Positions 29,223 to 39,064 of a stretch of DNA of 64,000 nt are shown piece after piece. Positions within the stretch are counted from its first letter, which is position 1, and the number at the start of each line of letters is the position of its first letter. The DNA is from an uncultured virus (IMG/VR IMGVR_UViG_3300037493_005394) (Duplodnaviria > Heunggongvirae > Uroviricota > Caudoviricetes). Both the position numbers and the translations under genes were made by a program. The notes under the pieces are model-generated. The model was not told the origin of the DNA. It saw nothing but the letters and a program-made list of their open reading frames with translations, and searched no databases. The stretch lies in IMG/VR virus record IMGVR_UViG_3300037493_005394. One strand, written 5' to 3'.

Positions 29223-30128
29223 ATGTCGATGCGAGCGTTGATGGAGAACCTGCAGGGGCAGGTGGGGGCCGCGGTGGTCAGCGTGCGTGAGGGCGCGGAG
29301 GCCGAGGGCGAGACGATAGACGCGGGGTTCGCGGGCGACGGCGAGAGCCTGGAGCCGGAGGCGCCCAACGCGATGGCGGAGGAAGATCTGTTTGCGGGCT
29401 GGGAGGAGGGCGTGGCCCTCGTCGCGGTCAGCGACACGATCGCGTATACGGAGGATGGCGAGGCCGTCGAGGTGCCGGCGGACACCACGGCCGAGGTCGT
29501 GGGGGTGGCGCTGGACGAGGACCCGCCGGGCGCCGTGATCATCCTCGACGACGAGACGATGCTGGCGATCGACGCGGAGGGTGCCGTGGGCTGGGCCCTC
29601 GCGGAGGGCGACGAGGGCGCGGACCTGGAGGACGAGGGGGCGCAGGACCTGGAGCCCGAGGAGCCCAGCGGTAGCGCGGCGGATGAGGAGCCCGAGATGG
29701 AGGGGACGGACCCCCTGCTGGCGTCGCTCCGGGCGATCCTCGATGAGGGGCGCAAGGGCAAGAAGAAGGCGGCCAAGGGCAAGGGCTGTGAGGGCCCGGA
29801 TGGCGCGGGCGGTAAGGGCGGAAAGGCCAAGGGCGGCAAGGGCAAGGCGGTTGACGAGGCCGTGGAGCCTGGTCCGGCTGGGAGCAACGTGGCGCTGGCC
29901 TACGTCTATGCGTTGTTGCTCGACGACGCGATGAGCCAGATCGAGCAGGGCGCCGAGGGCGGGGACGAGGACTATGCGCGGCTGGCTGCAGCGACGGGCT
30001 TTTCGGCGTGGTCGCAGAAGTTCCGTGCGCGGGCCAAGCCGATCCTGCGTGGGCTTGGGTACGCTCCTTCGCAGCTCCAGACGATCGCGGGCAAGGTGCA
30101 GGGCAAGGCGATGGCGTTCGTCGACTGA
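29223..30128 (+). CDS. acidic protein with MRALME leader; possible prohead core/scaffold or internal head protein
   Basis: AGGAG RBS; very D/E-rich with a K/G-rich patch; internal LxE-G sites. Confidence 0.55.
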   Translation: MSMRALMENLQGQVGAAVVSVREGAEAEGETIDAGFAGDGESLEPEAPNAMAEEDLFAGWEEGVALVAVSDTIAYTEDGEAVEVPADTTAEVVGVALDEDPPGAVIILDDETMLAIDAEGAVGWALAEGDEGADLEDEGAQDLEPEEPSGSAADEEPEMEGTDPLLASLRAILDEGRKGKKKAAKGKGCEGPDGAGGKGGKAKGGKGKAVDEAVEPGPAGSNVALAYVYALLLDDAMSQIEQGAEGGDEDYARLAAATGFSAWSQKFRARAKPILRGLGYAPSQLQTIAGKVQGKAMAFVD

Positions 30129-30154
30129 GCGCGGGGCGCCGCGGGAGGTGAGGC

Positions 30155-30913
30155 ATGGCCCTCGGGGTCTTCGGCGGCATCGCCAGCATCATCATGGACG
30201 GGCCCACCGGCGAGAAGCCGGCGTGGATGAGCATGTGCGGGATCGACGCGCTGGCGGCGGACGCGGGGAAGCCCGCGCTCCCGCAGCGCGCCTTCCAGTA
30301 CTGGCCCGAGAGCATCTCCGACACGATCGAGATCGGCTGGAACTTCAGCGAGATCCCTGGGGCCTCGCATGCGCTCGCGACGTGGGGCAGCAATGGGGGG
30401 CGCACCATTTTGTTTGAGGTCACCATGAGCCGGCTCATGAAGCCGGAGGGCGACCGCACGGTGATGGAGAAGCTCTTTGACCCCTTTGGGATGACGAAGG
30501 GGGCGGACGCCCCGGGGTGGAACGCGGATGTCGCGGGGGGCATCCGCTACCTGCGGGCGTACTGTTATCCCCTCTACATGCAGGGGGAGACGCACGTGGA
30601 GGCGTACCCCCCGCCGATCGCGATCCTGCACGCGCCGGGGCTCAACTGGAACGAGAAGGGCGGGGACGCGATCTTCGCGGTGATGACGGGCTGCGACGTG
30701 ACGTACAGCCTGTGCTTCCCGAACGGGGTGCCGCGGCTCGCCACGGTGGCCCTGACGTTCCGGCAGGTGGTGCAGCAGCCCCTGAAGGGCGTGACCTACG
30801 TGGGGCGGCAGAAGGACGCGGTGGGGAGCGGGGCGGCGCCGTACAAGTTTGACGACAAGACGTGGAACGGGGCGGGGCACGGTGTGGGCAAGCTCGACCA
30901 GACGGGGATGTAA
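30155..30913 (+). CDS. contractile-tail tube-like/tube-initiator protein
   Basis: FQYWPESISD..W..IPG..GGRTILFE..PPP..DVTY..F..GVPRLATVALTF pattern of CIS-tube-like proteins. Confidence 0.65.
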   Translation: MALGVFGGIASIIMDGPTGEKPAWMSMCGIDALAADAGKPALPQRAFQYWPESISDTIEIGWNFSEIPGASHALATWGSNGGRTILFEVTMSRLMKPEGDRTVMEKLFDPFGMTKGADAPGWNADVAGGIRYLRAYCYPLYMQGETHVEAYPPPIAILHAPGLNWNEKGGDAIFAVMTGCDVTYSLCFPNGVPRLATVALTFRQVVQQPLKGVTYVGRQKDAVGSGAAPYKFDDKTWNGAGHGVGKLDQTGM

Positions 30914-31275
30914 AAAAGGGCCGCTGGTGTGATGCGGTCTAGCAGCTCAGGCGTAAAACACTCGTTAGCTTTACGGGTTGCCTGGGCGCGGTGTTGGCTG
31001 TCATCGTGCAGCGGGCGCCAAAGGGATGAGTGGATATGCATCACTGTAAGGATTTTTTGTTGAAAACCCTGTGTCACAGGCCGTTTGATGCAGAGCGCAC
31101 ATTTGTATGCAGTTTAAGGCCAAGTGTAGACTCAAAAGGGCGATGCAGGCCCTTGCTTGATGGGTTTATGCACAGAGATGGAACAGATTTGGCAAAACAA
31201 AGGGGGCAAAGGCACGTTTTATTCATTGGTAGCATGCTTATGCGTTACAGCGTGCCCTCGCGGGAGGGATGAACC

Positions 31276-31557
31276 GTGGTGATGCGGGCACAGGCACGGG
31301 GCCCCGCAGGCGGGGTGGCGCGGCGGGAGATCGCGGGGGCCGAGGACGGCAAGCTCGACCCGCGGCCGGACGCCGATCTCCAGCACGACGACCTCGTGAT
31401 GCTGCTCGTGACGCGGGACACCTATGAGCGTGCGCGGGCCCTGGGGCGGGCCTATGGGCACCCCCCGGCGGAGCTGTTTGCGTTCGCGCTCCAGGCGCTG
31501 CAGGAGAAGGCGGCGGCGGCGGGGCTCGGGCTGCCGGGGGGTGGGGATCTCGGTTGA
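31276..31557 (+). CDS. putative ribbon-helix-helix DNA-binding protein
   Basis: Strand VMLLVT, helix RDTYERARALGRAYG, helix PAELFAFALQAL (CopG-like pattern). Confidence 0.4.
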   Translation: MVMRAQARGPAGGVARREIAGAEDGKLDPRPDADLQHDDLVMLLVTRDTYERARALGRAYGHPPAELFAFALQALQEKAAAAGLGLPGGGDLG

Positions 31558-31599
31558 TTGAGCTTGCGTTTGGGAGGCGATTGCGCTAGGGCTCCGTGT

Positions 31600-31750
31600 A
31601 CGGTTGTTCTGTTTCTCGAGCCGTTCTCGTTGGTAGCGGGAATGGCGCCCGAGTTGGGGTCGCCCTGCTCGGCCGTTCGAGGATGTACGTTGTCCTGGTC
31701 CAAGGCCGACTCGAGCCGTTCTCGTTCACAGCGGGAACGGCTTAACTTTT
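31600..31750 (+). ncRNA. candidate structured ncRNA with twin hairpins
   Basis: 32-nt repeat at 31615-31646 and 31710-31741, each folding into a 12-bp stem; ends in TTAACTTTT. Confidence 0.45.
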
Positions 31751-31800
31751 GGGGGGGGAGCAGGCGCTTTTCACGCGATACATCCGCATAGGGGACGAGC

Positions 31801-31829
31801 TTGCGGGGCGGCCCGTGCGGCGGTAGGCT
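31801..31829 (+). promoter_or_regulatory. sigma70-like promoter
   Basis: TTGCGG-N17-TAGGCT, 6 nt before ATG 31836 (leaderless-type). A similar TTGGCA-N17-TAGAGT lies at 32271-32299. Confidence 0.4.
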
Positions 31830-31835
31830 GGGGCC

Positions 31836-32150
31836 ATGAAACAGCTCATCGAGAGGATAGAGGCGCTGGCGGAGGCCGAGGCGAACGCGCTGATGCGCGC
31901 GGCGCTGGGGCTGCTGCTGGACGGCAAGCGGGGCGGGGACCCCGCGGTGGCGGCGGACGCCTGGGCGGCGGTGCGCAATGCGGCGGCGCTGTTGGCGAAG
32001 CTCGCGGCGGCCGAGAGTCTGGGGCGGGACGCGGCGGCGACGCGGCGGCACGTGGCGCTGTGCGTGGCGGCCCTCACGGAGGCCCTGCGGGCGACGGGGG
32101 CGGCCGAGGGGCCCGCGTCGCAGCCCCCGGCGGGGCCGGCGTGGGCATGA
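31836..32150 (+). CDS. leader-motif protein (MKQLIERIE)
   Basis: Shared N-terminal leader. Confidence 0.6.
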   Translation: MKQLIERIEALAEAEANALMRAALGLLLDGKRGGDPAVAADAWAAVRNAAALLAKLAAAESLGRDAAATRRHVALCVAALTEALRATGAAEGPASQPPAGPAWA

Positions 32151-32245
32151 GCCCGGAGGCGTGCAACGCGGCCCTGACCGTGATCGTGGGGCTGGCGATC
32201 GTGGGGCTCGTTTTGGCGCTGATCGCGTGGTTCGCGGCGCGGTAA
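32147..32245 (+). CDS. small single-pass membrane peptide
   Basis: ATGA overlap with upstream gene; hydrophobic stretch LTVIVGLAIVGLVLALIAWF. Confidence 0.45.
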   Translation: MSPEACNAALTVIVGLAIVGLVLALIAWFAAR

Positions 32246-32344
32246 AACGCACGGGGGGCGCGCGGGTTTCTTGGCAGGCGTGGGGGGGTTCGGTAGAGTC
32301 GATCAGCGAGCAGACGAGAGGGGCGCGCTTGCCGGAGGGTAGAC

Positions 32345-33124
32345 GTGGCCGCGATGCGACAACTGCTGGAAGCGATCGAGCGGGGGACCCGGTACAATGC
32401 GGGCGTGGAGAGCGCGTGGAACGCCGAGCTGGGCTGGGCCCTCGACGACGTGCGGGTCTTCTGCACGGAGGGCACGCGGTATCCGCGCGACCTTGTAGAT
32501 GTGTTGGTGGTGGACCTCTCGGGGCTGGGGCACGTGGGGCGCATCAGTGTGCCCGCGGTGCCGCGGGGGGCGGGCCTGAGCGCGCCTCGGGGGCGCCAGG
32601 GGACGAAGGCGCAGTGGGCGGCATACGAGGCGCAGAAGGTCGAGGCGGGGCGCGAGGGGGTCATGGTCGAGGCGGCGGTGGAGGGCTTTCGGGCGGCGCT
32701 GCGGGCGGCGCAGGGCGAGGCGGGGTGGGCGCGCGTGTGGGGGCGGATCCAGGGGGCTGCGGCGGCAGCGAACCGTGCGTTGCGGGGGCCCGCGCAGTTC
32801 GTGATCGATGGGGCGGCCACGCTGCGGACGCCCTTTGAGGAGGGCCAGCGGCGGCCCGTGGGGCTGGCACATAACAGCGAGGAGCTGCAGGGGAAGGACT
32901 TTGTGCTGTCCTACAGCTGGCCAGCCGTGAGCCTGCGCACGTGGGAGGGCCAGGCAGTGGCGATCCGCACGGGGGCCGCGGGCAAGTACGCGGTGGGGAC
33001 GATGTTCGCGCGCTGGGTGGATGCCCACGCGGCGGCGCTGCCGGGGATGACCCTCGAGGCCCTGCGGGCGGGCCTGCGGGCGGCGCGCGTGCCGGTGGAT
33101 TTCGCGCTGCCGGGCGAGAGATGA
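32345..33124 (+). CDS. leader-motif protein (MRQLLEAIE)
   Basis: GGAGG RBS; shared leader. Confidence 0.65.
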   Translation: MAAMRQLLEAIERGTRYNAGVESAWNAELGWALDDVRVFCTEGTRYPRDLVDVLVVDLSGLGHVGRISVPAVPRGAGLSAPRGRQGTKAQWAAYEAQKVEAGREGVMVEAAVEGFRAALRAAQGEAGWARVWGRIQGAAAAANRALRGPAQFVIDGAATLRTPFEEGQRRPVGLAHNSEELQGKDFVLSYSWPAVSLRTWEGQAVAIRTGAAGKYAVGTMFARWVDAHAAALPGMTLEALRAGLRAARVPVDFALPGER

Positions 33125-33169
33125 ACCGCGCATGCGCATGCGCGACAACCAAGGGATGAGGGACGAACG

Positions 33170-34816
33170 ATGCGGTTGAGCGAGCGATTGGGAGCGTTGA
33201 TGGAGCGCCAGACGGGCCCCGCGGCGATGGCGATGGCGGGCGAGGACACCCCGGTGCGGCCGGGGGCCTTCAAGGTGAGCAGCAAGATCCTTAAGATGTG
33301 GGAGAAGGACGCGCCGGCGGCGTGGAAGGACGATCAGGGGAAGTTGGATCTCTCCAACATGATCTTTGACAACCAGCGCGCGCTCCTGAAGGCGATCCCG
33401 CGCGAGGACCTCCCCGCGTTGGTGGGGGCGGACAATATCCCGGACGCGCAGGACGTGCTGGCGAACCGGCCGCGCGAGGCCTTCAAGCAGATGCTGCGCA
33501 ACGTCGCCAAGGTGGCCCCGAAGGCGGCGCGGTTGATGCGGGCGCAGCCCGAGAACATGCCGATCTACTGGTACCTGCTCATGGTGCGGCTCAGCGGGCG
33601 TGAGATGGCGGATCTCATCCTGCAGCGGTACTTCAGCACGGCGCAGGCCTTCGCGCCGGCGGCGAAGAAGTTTGAGGCGGTGGAGGACGACGAGGAGGAC
33701 GGTGGGGACGAGGACGAGGACATGGGCGACGAGGGTGTGTGCCCGGTGACGGGCGAGCCGCGGGCCTGCGAGGCGCGGGACGAGAGCGACGGGGCGGCCT
33801 GTGAGGCTTGTGAGGGGCCGGAGGACGACGACGCGGAGATGGACGCCGCGGAGGCCAGCGAGGCCGTGGGGCACTGGGTCGCGGCGCTGGTTGAGGCGGC
33901 GGCCAAGAAGAAGAAGGCGTCGAAGCAGCAGCAGCTCAGCGCGCAGTACCTCAACCCGAAGACGGGGGCCTTCAAGGGGCGCAAGGGGGAGAAGTTCGGG
34001 AACTGCGTGAAGTACATGAAGGCCAAGGGGGGCGTGAGCGACCCCAAGGCCCTGTGTGGAACCATCGCGCGCAAGAAGGCGGGGGCCATGGGCGAGGCGG
34101 CAGGGGACCGCGCGCCCAGCGAGCGGACGCTGGAGGGGGCGGCCAAGGCGGCCTTCCGCCGGGCGGGGATGGCCCCGTGGGCGGAAGGTACGAGCAAGGA
34201 GTGGCTGGTCTTTGTGAACAAGGACCACGGGCCGGCGGCGGACTCCCAGGCCTTCGTGACGCTCTGGAAGGGGCGCAAGGGCTGGCAGCTGATCAGTGGG
34301 GTCCCGCAGGCCGCGGAGGCCGTGCTGCTGGCGAGCCCGAGCGCGACGACGAGCGGGCAGTCGGCGAAGAAGAACGATGCCCTGATGGCGGCGGCGGACG
34401 GCAAGCGGGCGCTGAACCAGAACTACCTCCTGGCGGTGGCCAAAGAGGTCGAGGGGGACCGCTTCCTGGTGGTGCAGCAGCGCATGGGGCGCGTGATCGA
34501 CATCGGCCCTAAGAGGGCGACGGATATGGGCGAGGCGACCGGCTGGGCGCTCGCGGAGAGCGCGGAGGTCGACCCCCGCCAGATGATCGAGGGGGGCGAG
34601 GCCATGCTCAAGGTCGTGGAGGGGCGGATCGACGCCCTGCGCAAGGGTGTGGTGAAGGCGCAGGCCGAGCTGAAGGGCTACGCGCGCATCGGCGTGCCGG
34701 GGCGGGCGGCCTCGGCGCTGCTCAAGGCCCACCTGCTGGGCCCGGCGGAGGCCCTAGAGGACATGGCCAAGAAGGTTCGCGAGTCCATTGAGGAAGGGAT
34801 CAAGGTGTTCGGATGA
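33170..34816 (+). CDS. multi-module leader-motif protein (MRLSERLGALME), possible processed polyprotein
   Basis: Acidic and basic modules separated by ALVE-A, AMGE-A and ALAE-S. Confidence 0.65.
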   Translation: MRLSERLGALMERQTGPAAMAMAGEDTPVRPGAFKVSSKILKMWEKDAPAAWKDDQGKLDLSNMIFDNQRALLKAIPREDLPALVGADNIPDAQDVLANRPREAFKQMLRNVAKVAPKAARLMRAQPENMPIYWYLLMVRLSGREMADLILQRYFSTAQAFAPAAKKFEAVEDDEEDGGDEDEDMGDEGVCPVTGEPRACEARDESDGAACEACEGPEDDDAEMDAAEASEAVGHWVAALVEAAAKKKKASKQQQLSAQYLNPKTGAFKGRKGEKFGNCVKYMKAKGGVSDPKALCGTIARKKAGAMGEAAGDRAPSERTLEGAAKAAFRRAGMAPWAEGTSKEWLVFVNKDHGPAADSQAFVTLWKGRKGWQLISGVPQAAEAVLLASPSATTSGQSAKKNDALMAAADGKRALNQNYLLAVAKEVEGDRFLVVQQRMGRVIDIGPKRATDMGEATGWALAESAEVDPRQMIEGGEAMLKVVEGRIDALRKGVVKAQAELKGYARIGVPGRAASALLKAHLLGPAEALEDMAKKVRESIEEGIKVFG

Positions 34817-35493
34817 TGCGGCAATTACTGGAGAAGCTAGAGCAGCGCGACAATAGCACCTTCGTGTTCACGGGGGCCGGGGCGCGGCTCACCATCGGCT
34901 ACCACGGGGAGAGCTACCGGCTGGAGGAGCTGCCCGTGAAGGGGAAGCGCCAGCTGCGCGTGGCCGAGCTGGGGACGGGGTACCTCGGGGGGCAGATGGC
35001 GCGCGCCTGGGACGCGATGCTCCCGCAGAACATCCTGCATTTTGCCAAACTCGCGGACAGCGACGGCTTCGACGCGATCAAGGACAAGGTCGGGAAGGCG
35101 GTGGCCGAGGCGCAGGGCGCGGTCATCGCGAAGTGGGAGGGGGCACACCGGCCGGACTGGCTGCAGCAGCAGGGGAGCTGGCGGGAGCAGGCCGTGCCGG
35201 CGGGCCGCGTGGCCCCCGAGGGCGGGGACACGGAGATGGTCGTGGACGGCAAGGACTTCGCGCTCAAGGTGACGTGGAAGACCTTCCGCGCCTACTCGCC
35301 GAACAGCGACTTCCAGCAGGTCAGCCCCTACTACACGGGGACCGTGGAGAAGGGGCCGAGTGCCGCGGCCAAGCTGTTCAAGCTGCTGCAGGCGCAGCCC
35401 GCGGCCCTCAAGGGCGTGGCCTACAAGGACTTAGGGGCCTGGTTGGACGATCATAAAATTGCCCGTAAAGGCACGTCTTCGACGTGGAGCTAA
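34813..35493 (+). CDS. leader-motif protein (MRQLLEKLE)
   Basis: ATGA overlap; probable paralog of 35505..36362. Confidence 0.65.
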   Translation: MMRQLLEKLEQRDNSTFVFTGAGARLTIGYHGESYRLEELPVKGKRQLRVAELGTGYLGGQMARAWDAMLPQNILHFAKLADSDGFDAIKDKVGKAVAEAQGAVIAKWEGAHRPDWLQQQGSWREQAVPAGRVAPEGGDTEMVVDGKDFALKVTWKTFRAYSPNSDFQQVSPYYTGTVEKGPSAAAKLFKLLQAQPAALKGVAYKDLGAWLDDHKIARKGTSSTWS

Positions 35494-35504
35494 GGAGAAG
35501 CCTC

Positions 35505-36362
35505 ATGATGCGGCAGCTATTGGAGCGGTTGGAGACGACGACGAAGACGGGCGTGACGCTGCGCGTGTTGAGCGGGGGGAAGGACCCCAAGGGGCAGACG
35601 GTGGCGACGCCCCCGGCGCCCCCGGCGAGCCCCGCGCAGGGCATGGCGGCGGTGATCCAGGGGGCGACGCAGCAGGCGCTGCCCAAGGCGGAGGCGCCCG
35701 AGCGCTTCTATGTGGACCAGAATGCGGGGGTGCCCATGGCGCAGACGGTGGAGCGCAACGGCATGCGCCTGCACCGCTTCATGCCGAACCTGCATGTCCT
35801 GGACCTCGCCAACGCGGGCAAGCGCGGCAAGACGGTGTCCTCGTTCACCCTCAGCGGGTTCGACCCGCGCAACGACGGCTTCGCTAGCGCCAAGGCGGTG
35901 GCGATCCTAGAGGCTGGCTTGAAGGCGATTGCGAAGGCCAAGGGGTACGCGCAGGCCGTGCAGATCGCGCGCGAGACGGCGGCGCAGGTGCGGGAGGCCG
36001 AGAGTGGGAAGGCCGCGTATGCGGACCGCGTCAAGTTCACCGAGAGGTCGTCGCGCGGGGTCGATGTGGAGCCCGCGCAGGGCGCCGCGGGGGCGCAGAT
36101 CAAGGTCGAGACGCCGACCTTCACGCTGGAGGCCTCCCTGACGGACTTCTCCGTGGCGGAGAAGCCGCGGCCGGAGAAGGGGGGCGATGATACGCGCATC
36201 CTCATGCCGCCGACCTATGGGGCGAAGAAGACGGCGATCAAGGCGTTCTACGGGTGGGTGCAGGCGCACCAAGCTGACATCAAGCGCATGACGTTCCGCG
36301 CGCTGAACCAGGCGATGGGCGACGCCAAGCTGGCCTATCATGGCTTCAACTCGATGGACTGA
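35505..36362 (+). CDS. leader-motif protein (MRQLLERLE)
   Basis: AAGGAG RBS; C-terminal similarity to 34813..35493. Confidence 0.65.
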   Translation: MMRQLLERLETTTKTGVTLRVLSGGKDPKGQTVATPPAPPASPAQGMAAVIQGATQQALPKAEAPERFYVDQNAGVPMAQTVERNGMRLHRFMPNLHVLDLANAGKRGKTVSSFTLSGFDPRNDGFASAKAVAILEAGLKAIAKAKGYAQAVQIARETAAQVREAESGKAAYADRVKFTERSSRGVDVEPAQGAAGAQIKVETPTFTLEASLTDFSVAEKPRPEKGGDDTRILMPPTYGAKKTAIKAFYGWVQAHQADIKRMTFRALNQAMGDAKLAYHGFNSMD

Positions 36363-36372
36363 GGAGGGTGCG

Positions 36373-36768
36373 ATGACCCGCTTGAGCGCGCGCCTACGGG
36401 CGCTGGTCGAGGGCACGGGCGCGGTCCGCGTGGTGGTGGCGGGGGCGAAGCGCCCCGTGACGATCACGTGGGAGGGCTGGATCATGGGGCGCGATCGGCC
36501 GGGGACCGCGCGCTCCTACTGGGGGGCCTACGCGCGGGCCGAGGGTTTTGACCGCGAGGTGCTCCTAGTCAAGAAGAAGCACGATGCGAAGGTGTGGTCC
36601 CTGGCCACGAGCTATGAGCTGGGCCGCATGGGGCTGTTCTGGCCGGGGGATCAGATGAAGGATGCCGCGGTGCGGGCGGCGGACCAGCGGTTGCGGGGCG
36701 CGGCGAGCGCGGCGACGGACTGGGGGGTCGCCCTCGGCACGCTGGATGCGAAGGTGCAACGGTCCTAG
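36373..36768 (+). CDS. leader-motif protein (MTRLSARLRALVEG)
   Basis: GAGGAGG RBS. Confidence 0.65.
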   Translation: MTRLSARLRALVEGTGAVRVVVAGAKRPVTITWEGWIMGRDRPGTARSYWGAYARAEGFDREVLLVKKKHDAKVWSLATSYELGRMGLFWPGDQMKDAAVRAADQRLRGAASAATDWGVALGTLDAKVQRS

Positions 36769-36819
36769 CGCGGTGGTAAGGTCACGCTGCGTATGCGCAT
36801 ACGCAGGAGGATCACGACG

Positions 36820-37239
36820 ATGAGGGCGCTGCTGGAAAAGTATGAATACCGCGGATCGGTCGCGGTTCCTGACGCCAAGCACGTCGAGCTGGCTAATCGG
36901 CGCGAGGGAGAACGCATGGCCGAGCGCAAGCGGCGCGAGGCGGACCCCGAGGATCCGAGGAGCAAGCGGATCGCTGCGATCGAGGCGAACCAGACGGCGT
37001 GGACGAAGCTGGAGGGCGTCGATGTGTTAGCGGTGCCGGATCCCAAGAGCTTGCTGGTGGCCGTGCCGGCGTCGGGCAAGAAGGCATCGAAGATGTTTCA
37101 CGTGATGCCCCGCCATGCCCCGCGCTTTGTCGTGGTCACGCTCTACAAGGCGGAAGTCAACGGGTGGCTGGTCAAGGCGTTCGTGGACGGTAACGAGGAA
37201 AAGTTGATCAAGGCCGCCGCGGCCGATGCGAACGGCTAG
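36820..37239 (+). CDS. leader-motif protein (MRALLEKYE)
   Basis: AGGAGG RBS directly after the palindrome at 36787. Confidence 0.65.
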   Translation: MRALLEKYEYRGSVAVPDAKHVELANRREGERMAERKRREADPEDPRSKRIAAIEANQTAWTKLEGVDVLAVPDPKSLLVAVPASGKKASKMFHVMPRHAPRFVVVTLYKAEVNGWLVKAFVDGNEEKLIKAAAADANG

Positions 37240-37248
37240 GAGGTTCCG

Positions 37249-37620
37249 ATGGTGATGGCAGTCAGTACCCAGGTGAACCCGGTCGCGACCCGCCTAGCGG
37301 TGGACACGGCCCTCGGCGCGACGGCGCAGAACAACCTCTTCGGGGCGCCCTGCACGCTGTACCTCGTGGAGGCCGACAACACGGGCAACGCGGGGGCCCC
37401 CTGCTACGTGAAGTGCTACAACGCGGTGAGCGCGGCGCCGGGGACCGTGGACCCGCACCTCGTGCTGATGGTCCCCGCGGCGGTCAAGCGGTCGTTCGCG
37501 GTGCCGGAGGGCCTGGCGTTCGGGGTGGGGCTCACGTGCTGCTGCGTGACGAGCCCCGGCACGCCGGGGACCACGGCGCCGACGAGCCCGGTCCCCGTGC
37601 GGATCCTGGCGAGCGTGTGA
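37249..37620 (+). CDS. small beta-rich protein, possibly virion decoration
   Basis: AGGAGGT RBS; YVKCYN and PEGLAFGVGL; lacks the leader. Confidence 0.55.
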   Translation: MVMAVSTQVNPVATRLAVDTALGATAQNNLFGAPCTLYLVEADNTGNAGAPCYVKCYNAVSAAPGTVDPHLVLMVPAAVKRSFAVPEGLAFGVGLTCCCVTSPGTPGTTAPTSPVPVRILASV

Positions 37621-37630
37621 GGAGGCGGCC

Positions 37631-38263
37631 ATGGAGTCGATGCAAGCGTTGATCGAGCGGGCGGACGCCTTCATGCGGCACTGCGTGGCGGGCGTCACCA
37701 AGAGCGGGAAGGATAAGCAGGCCGCCTTCGCGATCTGCAAGGCGGGCGGGAACAAGGCCGGCTATTACCAGCCCGGCACGAAGAACAAGACGGCCAAGGG
37801 CAAGCGGGCGATCCGGGCGCATGGACGCGACGCGGCGGCCAAGAGTAAAGACGCGGCCTACGAGCGGGCCATCAAGAGCGAGGGCACCATGACGAGCATG
37901 CGAGCGTTGATCGAGCGGTTGGAGGAGGGGGCCAAGGGCGGGCCGGGGCCGGCAGACATCGAGCAGGTGGGCGAGATCAAGATCAAGACGCGCCCGGCCC
38001 CCAGAGGGCGTGGGCTGGCGGATAGCTGGCAGGTGACGGCCATCCTGGCGGTGGACGGCGTCGAGTACGAGATGCGCTCCATGTGGTATGACGGGGCGTA
38101 CGCCAAGGCCGATGGCAAGCGCCTGGTCAGCGCGATGCGCACTGCGCTGTCGCAGCTGTTGCGCACGGGGGCCAGCGCGATCGTCGCGGTCGACAAGGCG
38201 ACGGGGCACAGCGTGGGCGCGGGGGCCGATCCCAAGACGACGGCGTATGTGGTACAGCCTTGA
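37631..38263 (+). CDS. two-module leader-motif protein (MQALIER; internal MRALIERLEEG)
   Basis: Second leader in frame, with ATG at 37889. Confidence 0.65.
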   Translation: MESMQALIERADAFMRHCVAGVTKSGKDKQAAFAICKAGGNKAGYYQPGTKNKTAKGKRAIRAHGRDAAAKSKDAAYERAIKSEGTMTSMRALIERLEEGAKGGPGPADIEQVGEIKIKTRPAPRGRGLADSWQVTAILAVDGVEYEMRSMWYDGAYAKADGKRLVSAMRTALSQLLRTGASAIVAVDKATGHSVGAGADPKTTAYVVQP

Positions 38264-38601
38264 GCATGCGGGCGCTGATCGAGGCGAGCCTCGTGGCCTC
38301 GGGGCTGCTGACCGAGGGGGTCCCCGCGAACTGGGGGCAGGTCACGAGCGGGATGGTGACGGCCTGGCGCAGCCCCCAAGATGCGCACGGCATCGAGAAC
38401 GCGCGCACCGCGGCGGGCCCCAAGGCGGCGCTCGTGCAGGCGGCGGCGGGCCGGGTGGCCGAGCTGACCAAGGGGCTCGCGAGCCCCGCGACGGACCCCC
38501 GCATGCAGGCGGCGGTGGTCGCGCTGAACAAGGCGGTCGATGGGTTGCTATTCCAGGTGGGGTTCGCGCACGGCGCGGCCCACCCCGACACGGAGGAGTG
38601 A
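38260..38601 (+). CDS. leader-motif protein (MRALIEAS)
   Basis: Shared leader; ATG 38266 is an alternative start. Confidence 0.6.
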   Translation: MSMRALIEASLVASGLLTEGVPANWGQVTSGMVTAWRSPQDAHGIENARTAAGPKAALVQAAAGRVAELTKGLASPATDPRMQAAVVALNKAVDGLLFQVGFAHGAAHPDTEE

Positions 38602-38604
38602 ACG

Positions 38605-39063
38605 ATGGAGACGATGCGCGCACTGATCGAGGCGGCCGAGCGGAAGGGGGACCGCCCCTACGAGCACGGCCCCATGGCGGAGTACGACTGGAAGGCCGTG
38701 GCCAAGGCGCTTGGGGGGCGGCTCGTGCGCCCGCCAAAGGGCAAGAAGGAGCCGGCCAAGATCTTTTATAAGAACGAGCTGTACACCTTCCACGACAATG
38801 GCGGCGAGATCAACATCACGAAGGACCAGGACGTGGGGAGCAGCGTGCCGTTCTGGTCCAACGCGCACGACGGGGGATCCGTGGGCCCCAAGACGCTGGC
38901 CTACCGCCTAGCGGCGGAGATCGCGGGGCAGGCGATCGACTACAAGCGCGACCTCGATGGGAGCGCGCAGCCCACGGAGAAGCAGAAGGCCCGCGCGGCG
39001 GCGGAAAAGGACCAGGCGAAGCTCGCGCAGCAGGCCGGGATGGCCGATCCCTCGAACTGGTAG
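38605..39063 (+). CDS. leader-motif protein (MRALIEAAE)
   Basis: GGAGG RBS; shared leader. Confidence 0.65.
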   Translation: METMRALIEAAERKGDRPYEHGPMAEYDWKAVAKALGGRLVRPPKGKKEPAKIFYKNELYTFHDNGGEINITKDQDVGSSVPFWSNAHDGGSVGPKTLAYRLAAEIAGQAIDYKRDLDGSAQPTEKQKARAAAEKDQAKLAQQAGMADPSNW

Positions 39064-39064
39064 C

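Noticed and set aside
31615..31741. Mini CRISPR array
   Set aside because: Only two repeats, a 63-nt structured spacer and no cas genes; kept as an ncRNA candidate instead.
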